Assembly (NCBI GenBank): GCA_951406725.2
Contig: OX597818.1
Coordinates: 18,290,001 to 18,354,000 of the forward strand
Source of the DNA: Octopus vulgaris
Lineage: Eukaryota
Length of the DNA stretch: 64,000 nucleotides
Direction: 5' to 3'
Below, one piece after another: positions 25,171-37,642 of the stretch; the first letter of the stretch is position 1; each line of letters opens with the position of its first letter. The notes beneath the pieces were generated by a model. The model was given only the letters and a program-made list of their open reading frames with translations, was not told the origin of the DNA and did not search any database. The position numbers and the translations under genes are program-made.

Positions 25171-25693
25171 AATGAACGCAAGGAATATCTGATTCATAAT
25201 ATTTGTTCTCATGATTGTGTGTTGTTGGTAGCGATGATAATTCTCCCTATGAATGCAGACAGATACATCAAAGAAAGCCGTCTGACGAACTTATAAAGGG
25301 AAAGTGAAAGGGAGTTGAGGGGAATACATTAAATAACGGTAGTGGAATTCTCAAAGTTATAAATGAAGGGGAGTAAGAGAGGGAAAGGAGGAAATAGCGT
25401 GAGTGAGGAAGATGGCCCCTAGCAACCACACCTTTCAAGAGGGGGATTTCTAAGGTAGCCCACGTGCATCGTCACCTCATTCTACATGTCCCTGTAAATT
25501 TTGGAGCGAATCGGACGGGATGTAGTGGCATTGAAAGCGATCCAAGCGGTAAAAACGCATTTCAGTTATATATATATATATATATATAATTAATCAATAT
25601 AGGGTGGCAAAAAAAAATTTTGTAGAATTCTTTTGCCACCAGCGGCCTAGTGGGAAAAAATTAAATAGTCATAGACCATTTTTAAGTTCAACA

Positions 25694-25900
25694 TCAACAA
25701 TCAAGGAACGGCCATAATAGGCCATTCACCCACTAGAAATAACAGTTCAACGCAAATAAATTACGTAAACCAGGAGAAAATTTAAAAATTACAGGGTAAA
25801 TGTTTTTAAAATTTTCTCCTGGTTTACGGAATTAATTTTATTTGCGGTTGAAGCTTGGCTGTTATTTCTAGTGGTGAATGTATTATGGCCGTTCCGATTG

Positions 25901-25904
<4 letters not shown>
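25694..25904. repeat. Long imperfect inverted repeat (arms about 95 bp)
   Basis: GGAACGGCCATAATA...CGTAAACCAGGAGAAAATTT pairs with AAATTTTCTCCTGGTTTACG...TATTATGGCCGTTCC. Confidence 0.9.
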
Positions 25905-25940
<36 letters not shown>

Positions 25941-25943
<3 letters not shown>

Positions 25944-26150
25944 TGTGTGTGGTTGTGTGTCTGTGTTTGTCCTTGACAACCGATGCTGGTGTGTTTATAT
26001 CCCTGTTACTTAGCGGTTCGGCAAAAGAGACCGATAGAATAACTACTGGGCTTACAAAAGAATAAGTCCCGGGGTCGAGTTGCTCGATTAAAGGCGGTGT
26101 TCCAGCATGGCCGCAGTTAAATGACTGAAACAAGTAAAAGAGTAAAGAGT
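25941..26150 (+). mobile_element. CORE-type SINE 3' half
   Basis: Near-identical to the 3' half of the SINE at 5969-6406. Confidence 0.85.
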
Positions 26151-26512
26151 ATAATTGATATAAACAGCAGTTTGCAATGTTTCAAAAAGGAGAATTATAA
26201 TTATCACTAAATGTGACAAGGGTGTTAGGAAACACCTACATTACTAGAAATAAGAGCTAAATCACTCTAATGCTGTAGTTAACGCGCATGAATTTAAACG
26301 TAAACACTAACAGGGACCATTATCGTCCAAAATGGAGGCAAGCATCATTCCTCCATGTGATCGACTTGAAAAATTGTTAAGATACTATATTTTTCTTAAT
26401 ATGAAACCAATGATATTCTTAATTCACAAATAAAGAAATTCTACCCATCAATGCGTATTTGAGCACTCATTTTCATCGTTCGACATTTACGTATATATAC
26501 ATAGATATATAA

Positions 26513-26700
26513 TCCTTTCTACTAAATGCACAAGGCTTGAAATTTTGGGGGAAGAGGACTAATGTATTACATCGATCTCAGTCTTTTAGTGATACTTGCT
26601 TCATCAACAATAGGATGACGGAAAGTCGATCTCGGCGGAATTTGAACTCAGAACGTCAAGACGGATGGAATGACGTGAAGCATTTTTCCCAGCGTGCATA
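26513..26700 (-). mobile_element. Old Meta-domain SINE
   Basis: AAAGTCGATCTCGGCGGAATTTGAACTCAGAACG. Confidence 0.65.
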
Positions 26701-26999
26701 TACAATAATTATAATAACAAACTATTAAATGCATACACAGGAGTATATACTAATATGCAATGTTAGTTCTTAAGATTAATGATGCTAAAGTGTATGTGAG
26801 GGTTGTAACGGCGTGAAGTTTTAGAAAGCGAATGATTAATGGGTAATTAAATGAAGTAGTAAAATATATGCAGATGCAACGGTGATATCAGTGTGATAAA
26901 TGAGGCAAGTAGTTTTAATTTAGTATAGTCTGGATTTGTTGTGCGTGGAGGGGAGTTAAATAAAAACTGATTTTATTAATTTGCTTGTATGGAAACACC

Positions 27000-28080
27000 A
27001 CTTCCTCGTTTCCGTTTTTCAATTTCATTTGTATTTCAGGCGTAATTGTGAACTGCTGCATATTTGCTATTACAAAAATGAACTTTATTAATTGTTCGTT
27101 TCCACATCACCTGGAATTTCCTGTTGTGTGTTAATCGTCTAAGGAGGTATTACATCACAGAATTACATGAGTGACCACCAAAATTCGAGAAAAGATAAAT
27201 AAGTAAATGAGTGGAAACTTCACCGGTGTGTGTGTTAAATAATAAGGCGTTAAAAGAGAATAACTCTCCCCAGACACAAAATATGCTTCAACACATGAAC
27301 TCACATAAAGAATCTTGCAAACCAAATTCAAAGACAAAATAAAATAAGCTTTGGCCAAGCTAGCAAAACACTAAGAAACACTGTTCTGTTGTCTAAAATC
27401 AAAATAGCTACCCGGCAACTCCACTTCATTAAAACATACATTTCCTCCAAGCTTTACACGAAATCTGTCAATTCGGCTGGGACTCACAGAACATCAAGGA
27501 AGAAAACTAAAACACACGATGTTGCAAAAAAAAAAAAAAAGAAATAAGAAAATATACACAAAAATCAACCAGTACCAGAAATGAAAGAGTCCTGCTGCAT
27601 GAACTAAAAAAAAAACACCACTACACCACACGAAAGAGACAGATTCATGACAAACATCCAACAAGAATACCGCCGAGTAAACCATGACTGTAGCAAACAC
27701 TTCAACAATAAACTCAAGTGGATGAAACAGCAACAACAATCCCAGCAAGGTAAGAATCAATACAAACACCAAACAATATCGACGGAATTGTCATGTCGAA
27801 ATGTAAACTACCAGAAGACTTCGGCACCAGGACACCAACAAACAATACCTCCACCGCCACCAACAACAAAAATTACACCTCTGGAATATACGGTACAACT
27901 AGAGAAAGATGAAATGCATGCTTTAGAGTTACCACCAAAATTCGAGAAATGATAAATAAATAAATGAGTGTTAAATAATAAGGCACTAAAAGAGAATGAC
28001 TCTCCCCATACACAACAAAATATACTTCAACACACGAACTCACATAAAGAATCTTGCAAACCAAATCCCAAAACGAAATT
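27000..28080 (+). mobile_element. Penelope-like unit: direct terminal repeats around a decayed 5' ORF
   Basis: Direct repeat 27175-27340 / 27930-28075 around A/C-rich ORF-like sequence. Confidence 0.5.
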
Positions 28081-28551
28081 TTGAAACAAGTAATCTATTT
28101 ATATACATTGAGAATAAAGAGGGCAAATAGCTTTAAAATCCCATTTTTTCCCTTTCTGCTCCAATTTGTTTTCAGAGTTTAAAGTCATAATTTTCGCAAC
28201 AAACCATTTTGAAACATAAAATATTTTGTAATTGTTATGGATAATAGAACCAAATGAACATTCTATATTGCGTCGGTTGTCAGAAAAATATATACGGGCA
28301 TTTAAAAAATTTTCCTTTGAAATGAAGCCTATTTTGTTTTTCACATTGATTACCATATTTTCTGACTACAAGTCGACGTAGTGTATTGTGTAAACATTCC
28401 AACGTTGTGACGGTCTTTCCAAATTCTGCTGCATTATACATGGAATTTTTGCTCGGCCAAAGTCGTCTTAATGTATAAGTCGACCTATCTTTATTTTTGA
28501 TTGAAAATATTGGTCCGAAAACTTCGACTTGTATGCCGGAAAATACGGTAG
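28080..28551. mobile_element. pogo/Tigger-like MITE end
   Basis: Ends TCGACTTGTATGCCGGAAAATACGGTA (TACCGTA-type TIR). Confidence 0.5.
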
Positions 28552-28784
28552 CCGCTCCTAAATTTGATTTCATTTAACAGTTGTAATACGGATATTGTTT
28601 ATATGTTGAAAAGGATATTGTTATATATTCATTCTTCAGATTTATTATTGTTATATTTTATTATATTTATTATTCTTATATTTTGTCGTTTGTCTGGAAA
28701 TGTTGACCTCTTCAGCGACTCTCCATTCCACGTATCTCCGTCTGTTCTGTTTGGCCCATTCTCTATAGATGTAATATTTTGTTT

Positions 28785-28995
28785 CCAATTTAGGCACACG
28801 TTAAAGAAATCCGGGGTGAAAAAATTCAGCAATACCATCGACTTATGTGCTTAAATGATACTTTATTTTAAGGACTTCATATGAAAGCCAAAGTTAACTT
28901 CAGTGGGATTTGAACTCGGAATGTAAAGAGCCGGAAGAAATGCCTTGAAGCATTTCTTACGTCCTCGTTAACGCTTCTGCCAGATCATCACCTTG
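28785..28995 (-). mobile_element. Old Meta-domain SINE
   Basis: TGAAAGCCAAAGTTAAC...GGATTTGAACTC...TTCTGCCAG. Confidence 0.6.
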
Positions 28996-29639
28996 ATCAG
29001 TTATATTATTAATATAATATCTTTAACATAAGGAATCCGTTACGTTAAGGAAAGTAATTAAGAATAAGAAGGTTCTTGTAGTCATGGTAGTGGTGTTGGC
29101 TGCAGTAACATTTATAATGATTATACTGAACGGAGAGAGAGAGGGAGGGAGAGAGACATGGTAACGGTTGATTGTTGTTATAGTGGTTGTTTTGGTTACT
29201 GGTGGTGGTGGTGGCGGCATCACTTTCCTCACCACAATCCTTACTGCCATTATTATAATATTTGAATATTTTGTTCGTCATTTGCAAATATATGTCATTT
29301 CTGCTGAATAAAATGTGAAATAAATTATATATGTGTGCGTTGCACATCTGCATATCAGTAATTTGAAGCTTAAGTATTAGAACTTAATTTTTTTTAAACA
29401 TAACGTTTTAACATAAAATTAAATCTGAGAGCGTTGTTAAGCTATAAAAGTTCATGTAAACGAATTCCTATTGATATTAATTTCATTGTATATTGTCAAA
29501 TGTCTTGGAAAATTTGCTTACATTCGAATTAAAACATGTGAATTGTAATTGTAATTCATCCAGGTCTTCATGGACTGGTTGTACTTTTGGTAGCAATAAA
29601 GAGACAGCAGTGGATATATATTTTCTGTTGGACTAATAT

Positions 29640-30040
29640 CATTTATCTTTTACTTGCTTTCGTCTTTAGATTACGCGGCCAAGCTAGGACAATGTCTTGA
29701 AGGGTTTATTCGAACAAATCGATCTCGGTACCTATTTTCTTAAAGCCTGATAGTTATTCTGTTTCTGTCTGTCTCTTGTTGCCAAATGACTAAATTATAA
29801 GGACATAAACAAACCAATACCGGTTGTCATGCGTTGAGGGCCTAACTCAAACACAAAAATGCGAACACATAGGTATACGTACACACTCTCCCACACATAC
29901 ACACACACACATTCATATGCACGACAGGTTTCTTTTAGTTTCCGTTTGCAAAGATCTACTCAAAAGGCTTTGGTTGACTTTGCGGCCATAGTACAAGTCA
30001 CGCTTGCCCCAGGTGCGAAAGTGTGCGACTGAACCCAGAA
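29640..30040 (-). mobile_element. Old CORE-type SINE
   Basis: TTTTACTTGCTTTCGTC tail through CTTGCCCCAGGTGC...GACTGAACCC head. Confidence 0.6.
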
Positions 30041-30551
30041 TCTCAATGAAGAAGCACAACGTCTCTTCAAATACTGTCATTTAAGTTTCATTTTGGTTCG
30101 TAAAGTTTTCGCAACGTTCTCTTTTGAGACCCCGTTAATTCTTTCGTAGTTATTAGAGCTGTCCACCATCGAATTTCAACAAATGTAGAAAATGCCCTCT
30201 TATGAAATTGAAGCAGTTCAAAGTTGCCGATTTGATGCTGCCTATCGTATGAATAAATTTCTATATGCCTAATTTGCTTCTTATGTTCGCACGAGAGTCA
30301 TGTCGTAACCTTTAGTGTGTTTTGGAAGTAAGCGAACTATTTGCAGTAGGTAATAATCCTGATTCACTTGGGCAATTCGCTTAAAACCACAATCATATTT
30401 ACGTAAGTAAGTGTAATCATATTCATTATTATGTCTTCTTGTCCTAGATACGTAGAGACGCTGCTATTTCATAGGCTGTAGGGGACCCATAATTCCCTGT
30501 GGAGCATAGTAGAATAAGAAAAATTGAAATACTGGGTCACAGATGTGTGTG

Positions 30552-30777
30552 TACACATAGGAGGGGATGCTGAAAAATCTTGGCTAAAAGGATATCGTGT
30601 AGGGCCTGGTTCGAGGTCTAAATTTCCGAGTTTTTTTTTTACAAGGCTTAGAGAAACTGAAGGACCGCTGCTGTAAGTGTGTAAATTCGAGAAGGAAATA
30701 TGTTGAATCAAATCATAATTAATTATTCTATCTGAGGTTTTTTTTACCCTAAGCCAGGTACTTTTCAGCACCCGGTC

Positions 30778-30782
<5 letters not shown>
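30552..30782. mobile_element. Short mariner-type MITE
   Basis: Imperfect TIRs GGGGATGCTGAAAAATCTTGGCT / AGCCAGGTACTTTTCAGCACCC, TA-flanked. Confidence 0.7.
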
Positions 30783-30816
<34 letters not shown>

Positions 30817-31360
30817 TACAGGAGGGAACCGAGCTAAGCGTAGAAGCCGCAGACGCGAACCGGGATGAAGCCGACTGTTGGCGCAATAACCTCATGCATG
30901 GGCAATGGTCAACGGGCTTCCTTGGTCGCACGAATGGACAGTCATCATCATATATCTGCACACACACACACATTGTTGTCATCATAAGAGTATTTAAATT
31001 TTCGAGAGAACGTGAGATAATTCTCTTTCGTAACATTGGATCTCGAAGCACATGAATTTGTAATAACATAAATATTGGCTTGAAAAACCCTTTGGGATTC
31101 CAACCCGATATCTACATGTTACCATTTAAGCCTTGTATGCTCCGAGATCCACTATTCCAAAAGAGAACATATACATATGTGTGTGTGTAAGTGTGTGTGT
31201 ATTTGTGTGTGTGTGTGTGTTTGTATGTGTGCGTGTGTGCGTATGTGTTGAATGTAGGTGAATAGAAATACGTGCATTGATATCTATGTATATCTGAATG
31301 ACGAATGTGTGTATCAATGCGCATACATGTACGTTATTTGTGTGTGTATGCATTTGCCTT

Positions 31361-31422
<62 letters not shown>

Positions 31423-31680
31423 CCCGTGTGCGTGCGTGAATGCATCAAAAGGCAATTCAATGCTTGAAGTCTAGTCTAGTAAATAAAGAGGAAGATGAAA
31501 GACATTGGCGGAAAATAATTCCAGACGAACATAATCTGACAAATCTTACCAACGGCGCGACTGCGTCATCTTTTCTTTCTTTCCTTTTTTTCGTTATTGT
31601 CATCTTTACTGATCATGTTTCTTTTCTTCTTGCTTTTTTTTTCTGCTCTTCCTTTCTATTTAAGTTTACAATTTCCTTCT

Positions 31681-31830
31681 GTCTGTCTCTCTGTCTCTCT
31701 GTCTGTCTCTCTGTCTCTCTGTCTGTCTCTCTGTCTCTCTGTCCGTCTCTCTGTCTCTCTGTCTGTCTCTCTGTCTCTCTGTTTGTCTCTCTGTCTCTCT
31801 GTCTGTCTCTCTGTCTCTCTGTCTGTCTCT
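31681..31830. repeat. 20-bp minisatellite (GTCTGTCTCTCTGTCTCTCT), about 7.5 copies
   Basis: 20-bp periodicity directly visible. Confidence 0.9.
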
Positions 31831-32152
31831 CTTTTTCTTTCTCCTTTGTTGTTTTGCTTTACTACTTTATACATACATACATACATTCATATATGCACAC
31901 ATGCATACAAACATACATATATAGAAACATATATGTATGTATAAATAAAATATAATCATATATATACATACATTAATATGTTCATATAAATACTCACACA
32001 CGCATATATATGGCATATACATATATAAATATATACAGTTATATGCACATATATATATACATATATAAATATATGTATATATGCTTATATATATGTATTT
32101 ATACATATATGTATGCATATGTATTTGTGTGTGTGTGTGAGTGTGTGTGTGT

Positions 32153-32198
<46 letters not shown>

Positions 32199-33746
32199 CT
32201 ATGAACTTTTGGTCGGACAATGTTGCTTACAAAGAAATTTATAAATTACTTAAACCTATTCCCGAAACAAAACTGAATGATGAGAAAATGTCATCGAGAG
32301 AGAAAGCAATGACAAAAAAATTAAACAAAAAACTCCGAAAAACAACAATCAAAACACCACCCACGTACGCAAGAGCAAAATAACGATAATCGTGTAATAA
32401 CAAAAACATATTTAACCCTTTCTATATAAGGCCTTGTTTTCCCTAATATTTTCAGCCTGCTGCTCCCTTGGGGCCCAGGTCATATTCCTAGTGCTCCCTC
32501 CCCATTTGCTACCAGATATATAGATCGCCTCTCTGTAGTAAATTCAAACAACTATTTCACAAATAAAACCTAATTAAGCCATTATTTTTTTTTTTAAACC
32601 ACCATACTCTTTTAGTCACCGCATTGTCATCCCATTTTTTTGTAAATTCCTCCCCTCGATCTTTCCACCTCCTTCCCCACTCTAAGTGGGAAATGTTTCC
32701 CACTTTAGGAACGATTGGTGTTAGGTATTGTTTAGAATGTCCGGTAATTATGAGTAACAACACGTTGATGACGAAGGAGGGAAAGGAGATCCAAAGCGCA
32801 AGACCGGAAATTTTGAAGGAGGTGGTTGTAGTGATGGTGGGGTAAGCCGAAACTATCGACCTTAGTACTTGACTGGTACTTTCTTTTATTGACCCCCTTT
32901 TAAGTTAAAAGGCAAAATTTAGTCAACTATTCTGCTAATTCTAGTGGCGGTGGTGGTAGTGGTGGTGGTGGGTGGTGGTGGTGGCAGTTGTAGTAGCAGT
33001 AATAGTGAATGTGGAGGGGGGGAAGAATAATAAGGAGGAGAAGGTTGAGGAGGTGGAGAAGAAGAACAAAAAGGAGAAGGAGGAAAAGGAGAAGAAGAAG
33101 AAAAAGAAGGAGGTGGAGGAGGAGGAGGAGGAATCGTAGAAAGGGGAATGGAAGAAGATAACGTGTTTGCAGGACTAAAATGTATATGAGTAAGCTTAAA
33201 CTAAGTGATCTGGCAGCCCTTCTATTGTTGCTTTTAGAATGCCTGTGCGGATAGCAGCGTTATCCCATATGTGAGGGTCTGGGTTGAGCTTTATATTGTT
33301 AAAACCAGAAATACATTTCTCCTAAAACATCAATCGCTACAATCAGGTAAAAGTTTATGGTGAATAATAGAGAAGCATCGTTAAAATATGATCTCTCTCC
33401 GCCGTGTCTGTGTTTGTTGTGTCCTTGCATGCATATATATATATATATATATATGAATTAAATTAGAGATAAAACCACTATTAGGCAAATCAAACAGTGA
33501 AAAACATAAACCAAAACATAAAAATAAAAATAATTAATATAATTTACAAAATATATAAAATATAAAATTTAAAATTTAAAATTTTAATTTTTTAATTTTT
33601 TAATTAATTTATTTATTTTATTTATTATTATTATTATTTTTTAAATTATTATTATATATAACTATCCAAAAGTATTAATAAGTTTAATAAAAGATAAGTA
33701 AACCACTACGTACGTTTCATAACCTAATTCGAATTACAATAATATA

Positions 33747-34224
33747 TACCTCGAGTATAATCCCTAGTGCGCTCTATATACAAGGATAAAAAATATTTTC
33801 TAAGCAATGTCCGTGTCTCTATTTGCTGTCCGGCAATATTTATTCAGACGCATTTTGTGATGTCGGGCGCGAAAATACCTTAAGCCAAGCCTGAAAGCAA
33901 TGAAGTCATAAAAGAATCATCCATAACTTGCAGTTAGCAACATTTATTAAAATAAAAGTATTCAGAACACAGAATAACATATAACAAAAATAATTTGCAA
34001 ACATATTTACATTCCCATATAACAGTTAAGAACATCACCATTATTGTATTACGCGCGTACAGAAGTGTTTGTTCGACTAGGTACTTCTGGCTTAAATACG
34101 CACGACTCAAGTTAGAGAAGGAGTGCGTTTTATACACAACGTTTAGGTTTTTCAGAGGTACAGCCCCCTAAAAATCCCCTGCGTATTATACTCAAGAGCG
34201 GACTGTACTCGAGGATTTACGGTA
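33747..34224. mobile_element. pogo/Tigger-like MITE
   Basis: Left TACC-TCGAGTATAA (partly deleted TIR); right TACTCGAGGATTTACGGTA. Confidence 0.7.
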
Positions 34225-34293
34225 TTTTACGATATATATATATATGCATATCGGGCAATCGAAAAAATGCTATAGCATTTTTTTCGATGGCCC

Positions 34294-34354
34294 GAAAACT
34301 GAAGGGATGGAGGCGTGGGTTTCTGCCTCGACATCTGAGACTCGGCGTTTTATC
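34294..34354 (+). ncRNA. Decayed hammerhead motif (inverted partner of 35167-35226)
   Basis: GAAAA-CTGAAGG-GATG...CATC-TGAGA-CTCGGCG-TT-TTATC. Confidence 0.4.
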
Positions 34355-34454
34355 ATGGCTACCGAATAATTGTCACGTTATATTTACAGATAAATTCCTC
34401 TATTTACATAATATCGAGGTCTCTTTCATTATTTTGTCATCTTACCATTTATAT

Positions 34455-34485
<31 letters not shown>

Positions 34486-35166
34486 CTCACACATGATATA
34501 CTTACATACATAATTAAAAGTTGCTATTTCGAACGAGATACCATGATAGTTAAACTTACAACCATATATAAATCCATGTATGATCAACTTCAAAAGAGGT
34601 ATTAAAATAAATCTGTCAGATTGTCGTTTGGCATTATATTCATTTGAATAGATTACAGAGAGTATATCCATGAGTAGATTTGATTAGGAAAATTAATTAT
34701 TATAACATCACAAATTACATAGCTATCGCACGTGTTTCTCTAGCTTTTACTTGTATGTTATGCAGTAATCGTTTCATAGACACTTGCGTAATCAACTTAT
34801 ACCACTAGTTCTCAGCTTGGATCTCCGCACGCTAGGAAACAACAATGAATTAAATTAATCTTTTTTTCTGATGATTTGGCATTATAAAGTGATTATGCAA
34901 CTATCTATGCAACGATTACAGACTTGTATACATGTATATGCTTGTGAAACATGTAAATATTATGCGATCCATGATATGATGAAAAAAATTATAAGAGAAT
35001 CTCCAGTTTTATTCTACTTTTATGTATACATACATACATACATACATACATATATGTATATTGATAAAAAATGGTAAGACAACAAAAGAATAAGAGAGAC
35101 CTCGATATTATGTAAATACAGGAATTTATCTGCAAATCTAATATGTGACAATTATTTGGTAGCCAT

Positions 35167-35226
35167 GATAAAACTCCGAGTTTGGATGCCGAGGTGGAAA
35201 TCCACGCCGCTATCTCTTCAGTTATC
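35167..35226 (-). ncRNA. Type-I hammerhead motif with one core mutation
   Basis: GATAA-CTGAAGA-GAT..GTGGA(TT)TCCAC..ATC-CAAA-CTC(G)GAG-TT-TTATC. Confidence 0.55.
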
Positions 35227-35258
35227 CGGGCATCGGAAAAATATTATGAAAAATCTTA

Positions 35259-35323
<65 letters not shown>

Positions 35324-35371
35324 AAATAAGTCAAAATAGAAAATGCTAAAATAATTTTATAAAGAACATTT

Positions 35372-35409
35372 CAGTACCGGTTTCAGTCATTTTGAGACCT
35401 TTTCAACTG
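35372..35409 (-). ncRNA. Degenerate minimal hammerhead motif
   Basis: CAG-TTGAAAA-GGTC...GACT-GAAA-CCGG-TA-CTG. Confidence 0.45.
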
Positions 35410-35499
35410 TAACGATTAAATAATTAAACTTAGAAAAACTAAAAGAAATGTTTTTTTAAAGGAATATTTGTATAGTGTTCAAATATAAGTGGCCTTCAA

Positions 35500-36652
35500 T
35501 TTCTACAATGCTCTTGTAAGAGCCCTCTTCCAAAACTCACTTATCTGTGACGAAAAATACTCCTCCAGTACAGTTCTGACTTCATCTACAGAATTCATAT
35601 TTTTTCCGTCCAAATGATTTTTAAGACTACGGAATAAATAATAATCAGATGGAGCAAAGTCCAGCGAATATGGTGGGTGGGGCATCGATACCCATTCAAA
35701 CTGGTCCACCGTTTGGAATATCATTCTCACTGTATGTGGTCAAGCATAATCCGAACATTGAAAGCAAATACGGTCGTTTTTCTACTGGCGCTGACTTAAG
35801 CCGCTCAAGTTGCTCATAGTAGATCTCATTTATTATCGTTTTTGTTTGCGTTTAAAAGTTCAAAGTGGAATTTTTCATATCCCACTAAACTTTTCATATC
35901 TCACTAAACTGATAACAACACCTTACGTGGGTGAAGACCTTCTTTAGTCTGGGTTGCGGTTGTTTCTCCTTTTCCTATCCGCTGTCTTCGGCGCTTGACA
36001 TTTTTATAGAGAACCTATTTCTCGTCACCAGTCACTATTCGGTCTAAAAAAGGTTCACTCATGAGACGTGACAACAAAGAAGAGCACACATTCACTCTCT
36101 GTGCATGATTAGACTCGGAAAGTTAGTGACGAACCAATTGACCCAATTTGCTGAATTCCGATGGCAGGCAGGTGTTGATGAATGGTTGAATGACCAAATC
36201 CAAGCTTCCCTGCTAGTTTCTCAACGGTTACAATGGGATTTTGTTCCACCAGGGTTTGCAGGACGTCCTCGTCAAGCTCTACCGATCTTCCAAAATGAGG
36301 CTCATCTTCTAGGCTGTAGTTTCCGGCTCGGAATTTCTGGAACCACTGTTGACACTGGCTTACGCTTATTGTCCGATCCCCATATACTGCATTATTATTC
36401 CTCGTATTTTCCGTTGCGTTGTTACCTTTATTGAAATCATAAAACAAAATATGCCGAATATGATCTTTTGTCACTTCCATTGTAGCTTTGAAAAGATAAT
36501 TATTAAAATCGAACTACACTCTTCAAAACTTGCTCTAAGAATAAGTACAAGGTAAAATTATTATCTGCTTTTATAACAAGTTGATGCAAGTAGTTTATCA
36601 CGACTTTTAGTTCATACAACTGAAAAAAACGCATTATTTATGGTAGGATCCA
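35500..36652 (-). mobile_element. Mariner transposon with pseudogenised DD34D transposase
   Basis: MEVTKDHIRHILFYDF...WFQKFRAG.YSLEDEPH.GR, RIVTGDEK, HPPYSLDFAPSDYYLFRSL; 5' TIR-like sequence near 36625-36652. Confidence 0.9.
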
Positions 36653-36659
36653 TAAATTA

Positions 36660-37642
36660 TCCACACTTTAGCCATCTTTATTTTTGCCACACTGCCTTCT
36701 GAGCATGCGTGCTTATAGTTGGTACCGTTGCGGCCACGTGATCGTAGTTTCTGGTTTTACGGTGTAAGTATGGCCGCTCCACTAGCAATGTGCACTAAAG
36801 AAGAGCAAAGAGCAGTAATCCAATTTCTCTGGTCGGAAGCTGTGTCAAGTGCAGAAATTCGTCGGAGGCTTTTAGCGAATTGTTGGCTTCATTTCGTTGG
36901 CCAGCAAATCACTGTATCTTGAACTGTTGATCGTACACCCCTTTTCCAGGTAGTCTTCCACTATAGGCCCTTTTGAGTCCTTAAAATGGGAAGACTGAGT
37001 CTTGAATTTCTTCGTCGCTGGCGAACCAGGATGTATCCATTCCATTATCTTTTGGATTCTGCCTCATTATGATGGACCAACGTTTCATCTGTAACTACTC
37101 TGCTCAAAAATTCTTCGCCCTTATAGTTGTAGCGATCGAGTAAACGTTGACAGGCCTCAAGACGCTTGCGCTTGTGCTCTGCGGTAAACTCTCTTGGCAC
37201 CCGTCTTGCATAGACTTCATGGAAGCCGAACTCATTGTGGATGATTTGATAGGCAGAACCATGACTAATCTGCAGAGAACGACCTACGTCACTCATGGTA
37301 ACTCCCCGGTTCTCCATCACCATCTCTCGAAATATCTGAATCTTCTCGTCAGTGGTGAAGGTTGATGGGCGCCCAGCTCCCTCTTCGTGCGTCACGCTTG
37401 TCCTGTCAACTTTAATCTTCTCCATCCATTCATACTCACTTCTACATAGTAGTGCACTGTCCCCCTATTGCATTAAAAGCCTCTGATGAATTTCAGTACC
37501 TGACGCACCTTCCGACCAGATAAATCGGATCATTGCTCTTTATTTTTCTTTGGTGCACATTGCTAGTGGAGCGGCCAAGCTTACCCTTTGAAGCCAGAAA
37601 AAATGGCGCAATCAGGCTCAAACTTCGATCATGTGACCACAG
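36660..37642 (-). mobile_element. Second mariner family: minus-strand 5' portion plus an inverted 5' fragment
   Basis: ORF 37045-37425 (GRPST, ARRVPREFT, RVVTDETLVHH); 36728-36875 (+) is the reverse complement of about 37472-37640. Confidence 0.85.

Noticed and set aside
25240-25318. Possible type-III hammerhead (CTCCCTA...CTGACGA-ACTT/AAGT-GAAA-GGGAG)
   Set aside because: Stem I cannot close with an unpaired cleavage nucleotide, and the purine-rich low-complexity context makes a chance match plausible.
31540-31620. Possible minus-strand first exon ending at GTAAGA (about 31550)
   Set aside because: The upstream frame has a stop, only a few codons remain, and there is no other support.
33703-33720. 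Hammerhead 3' half GAAA-CGTACG-TA (minus)
   Set aside because: The 5' core is missing at the MITE insertion, so it is not listed as a ribozyme feature and is used only as palindrome evidence.
34790-34850. Good minus-strand splice acceptor (TTGTTGTTTCCTAG)
   Set aside because: No convincing donor follows and all frames stop within about 40 nt.
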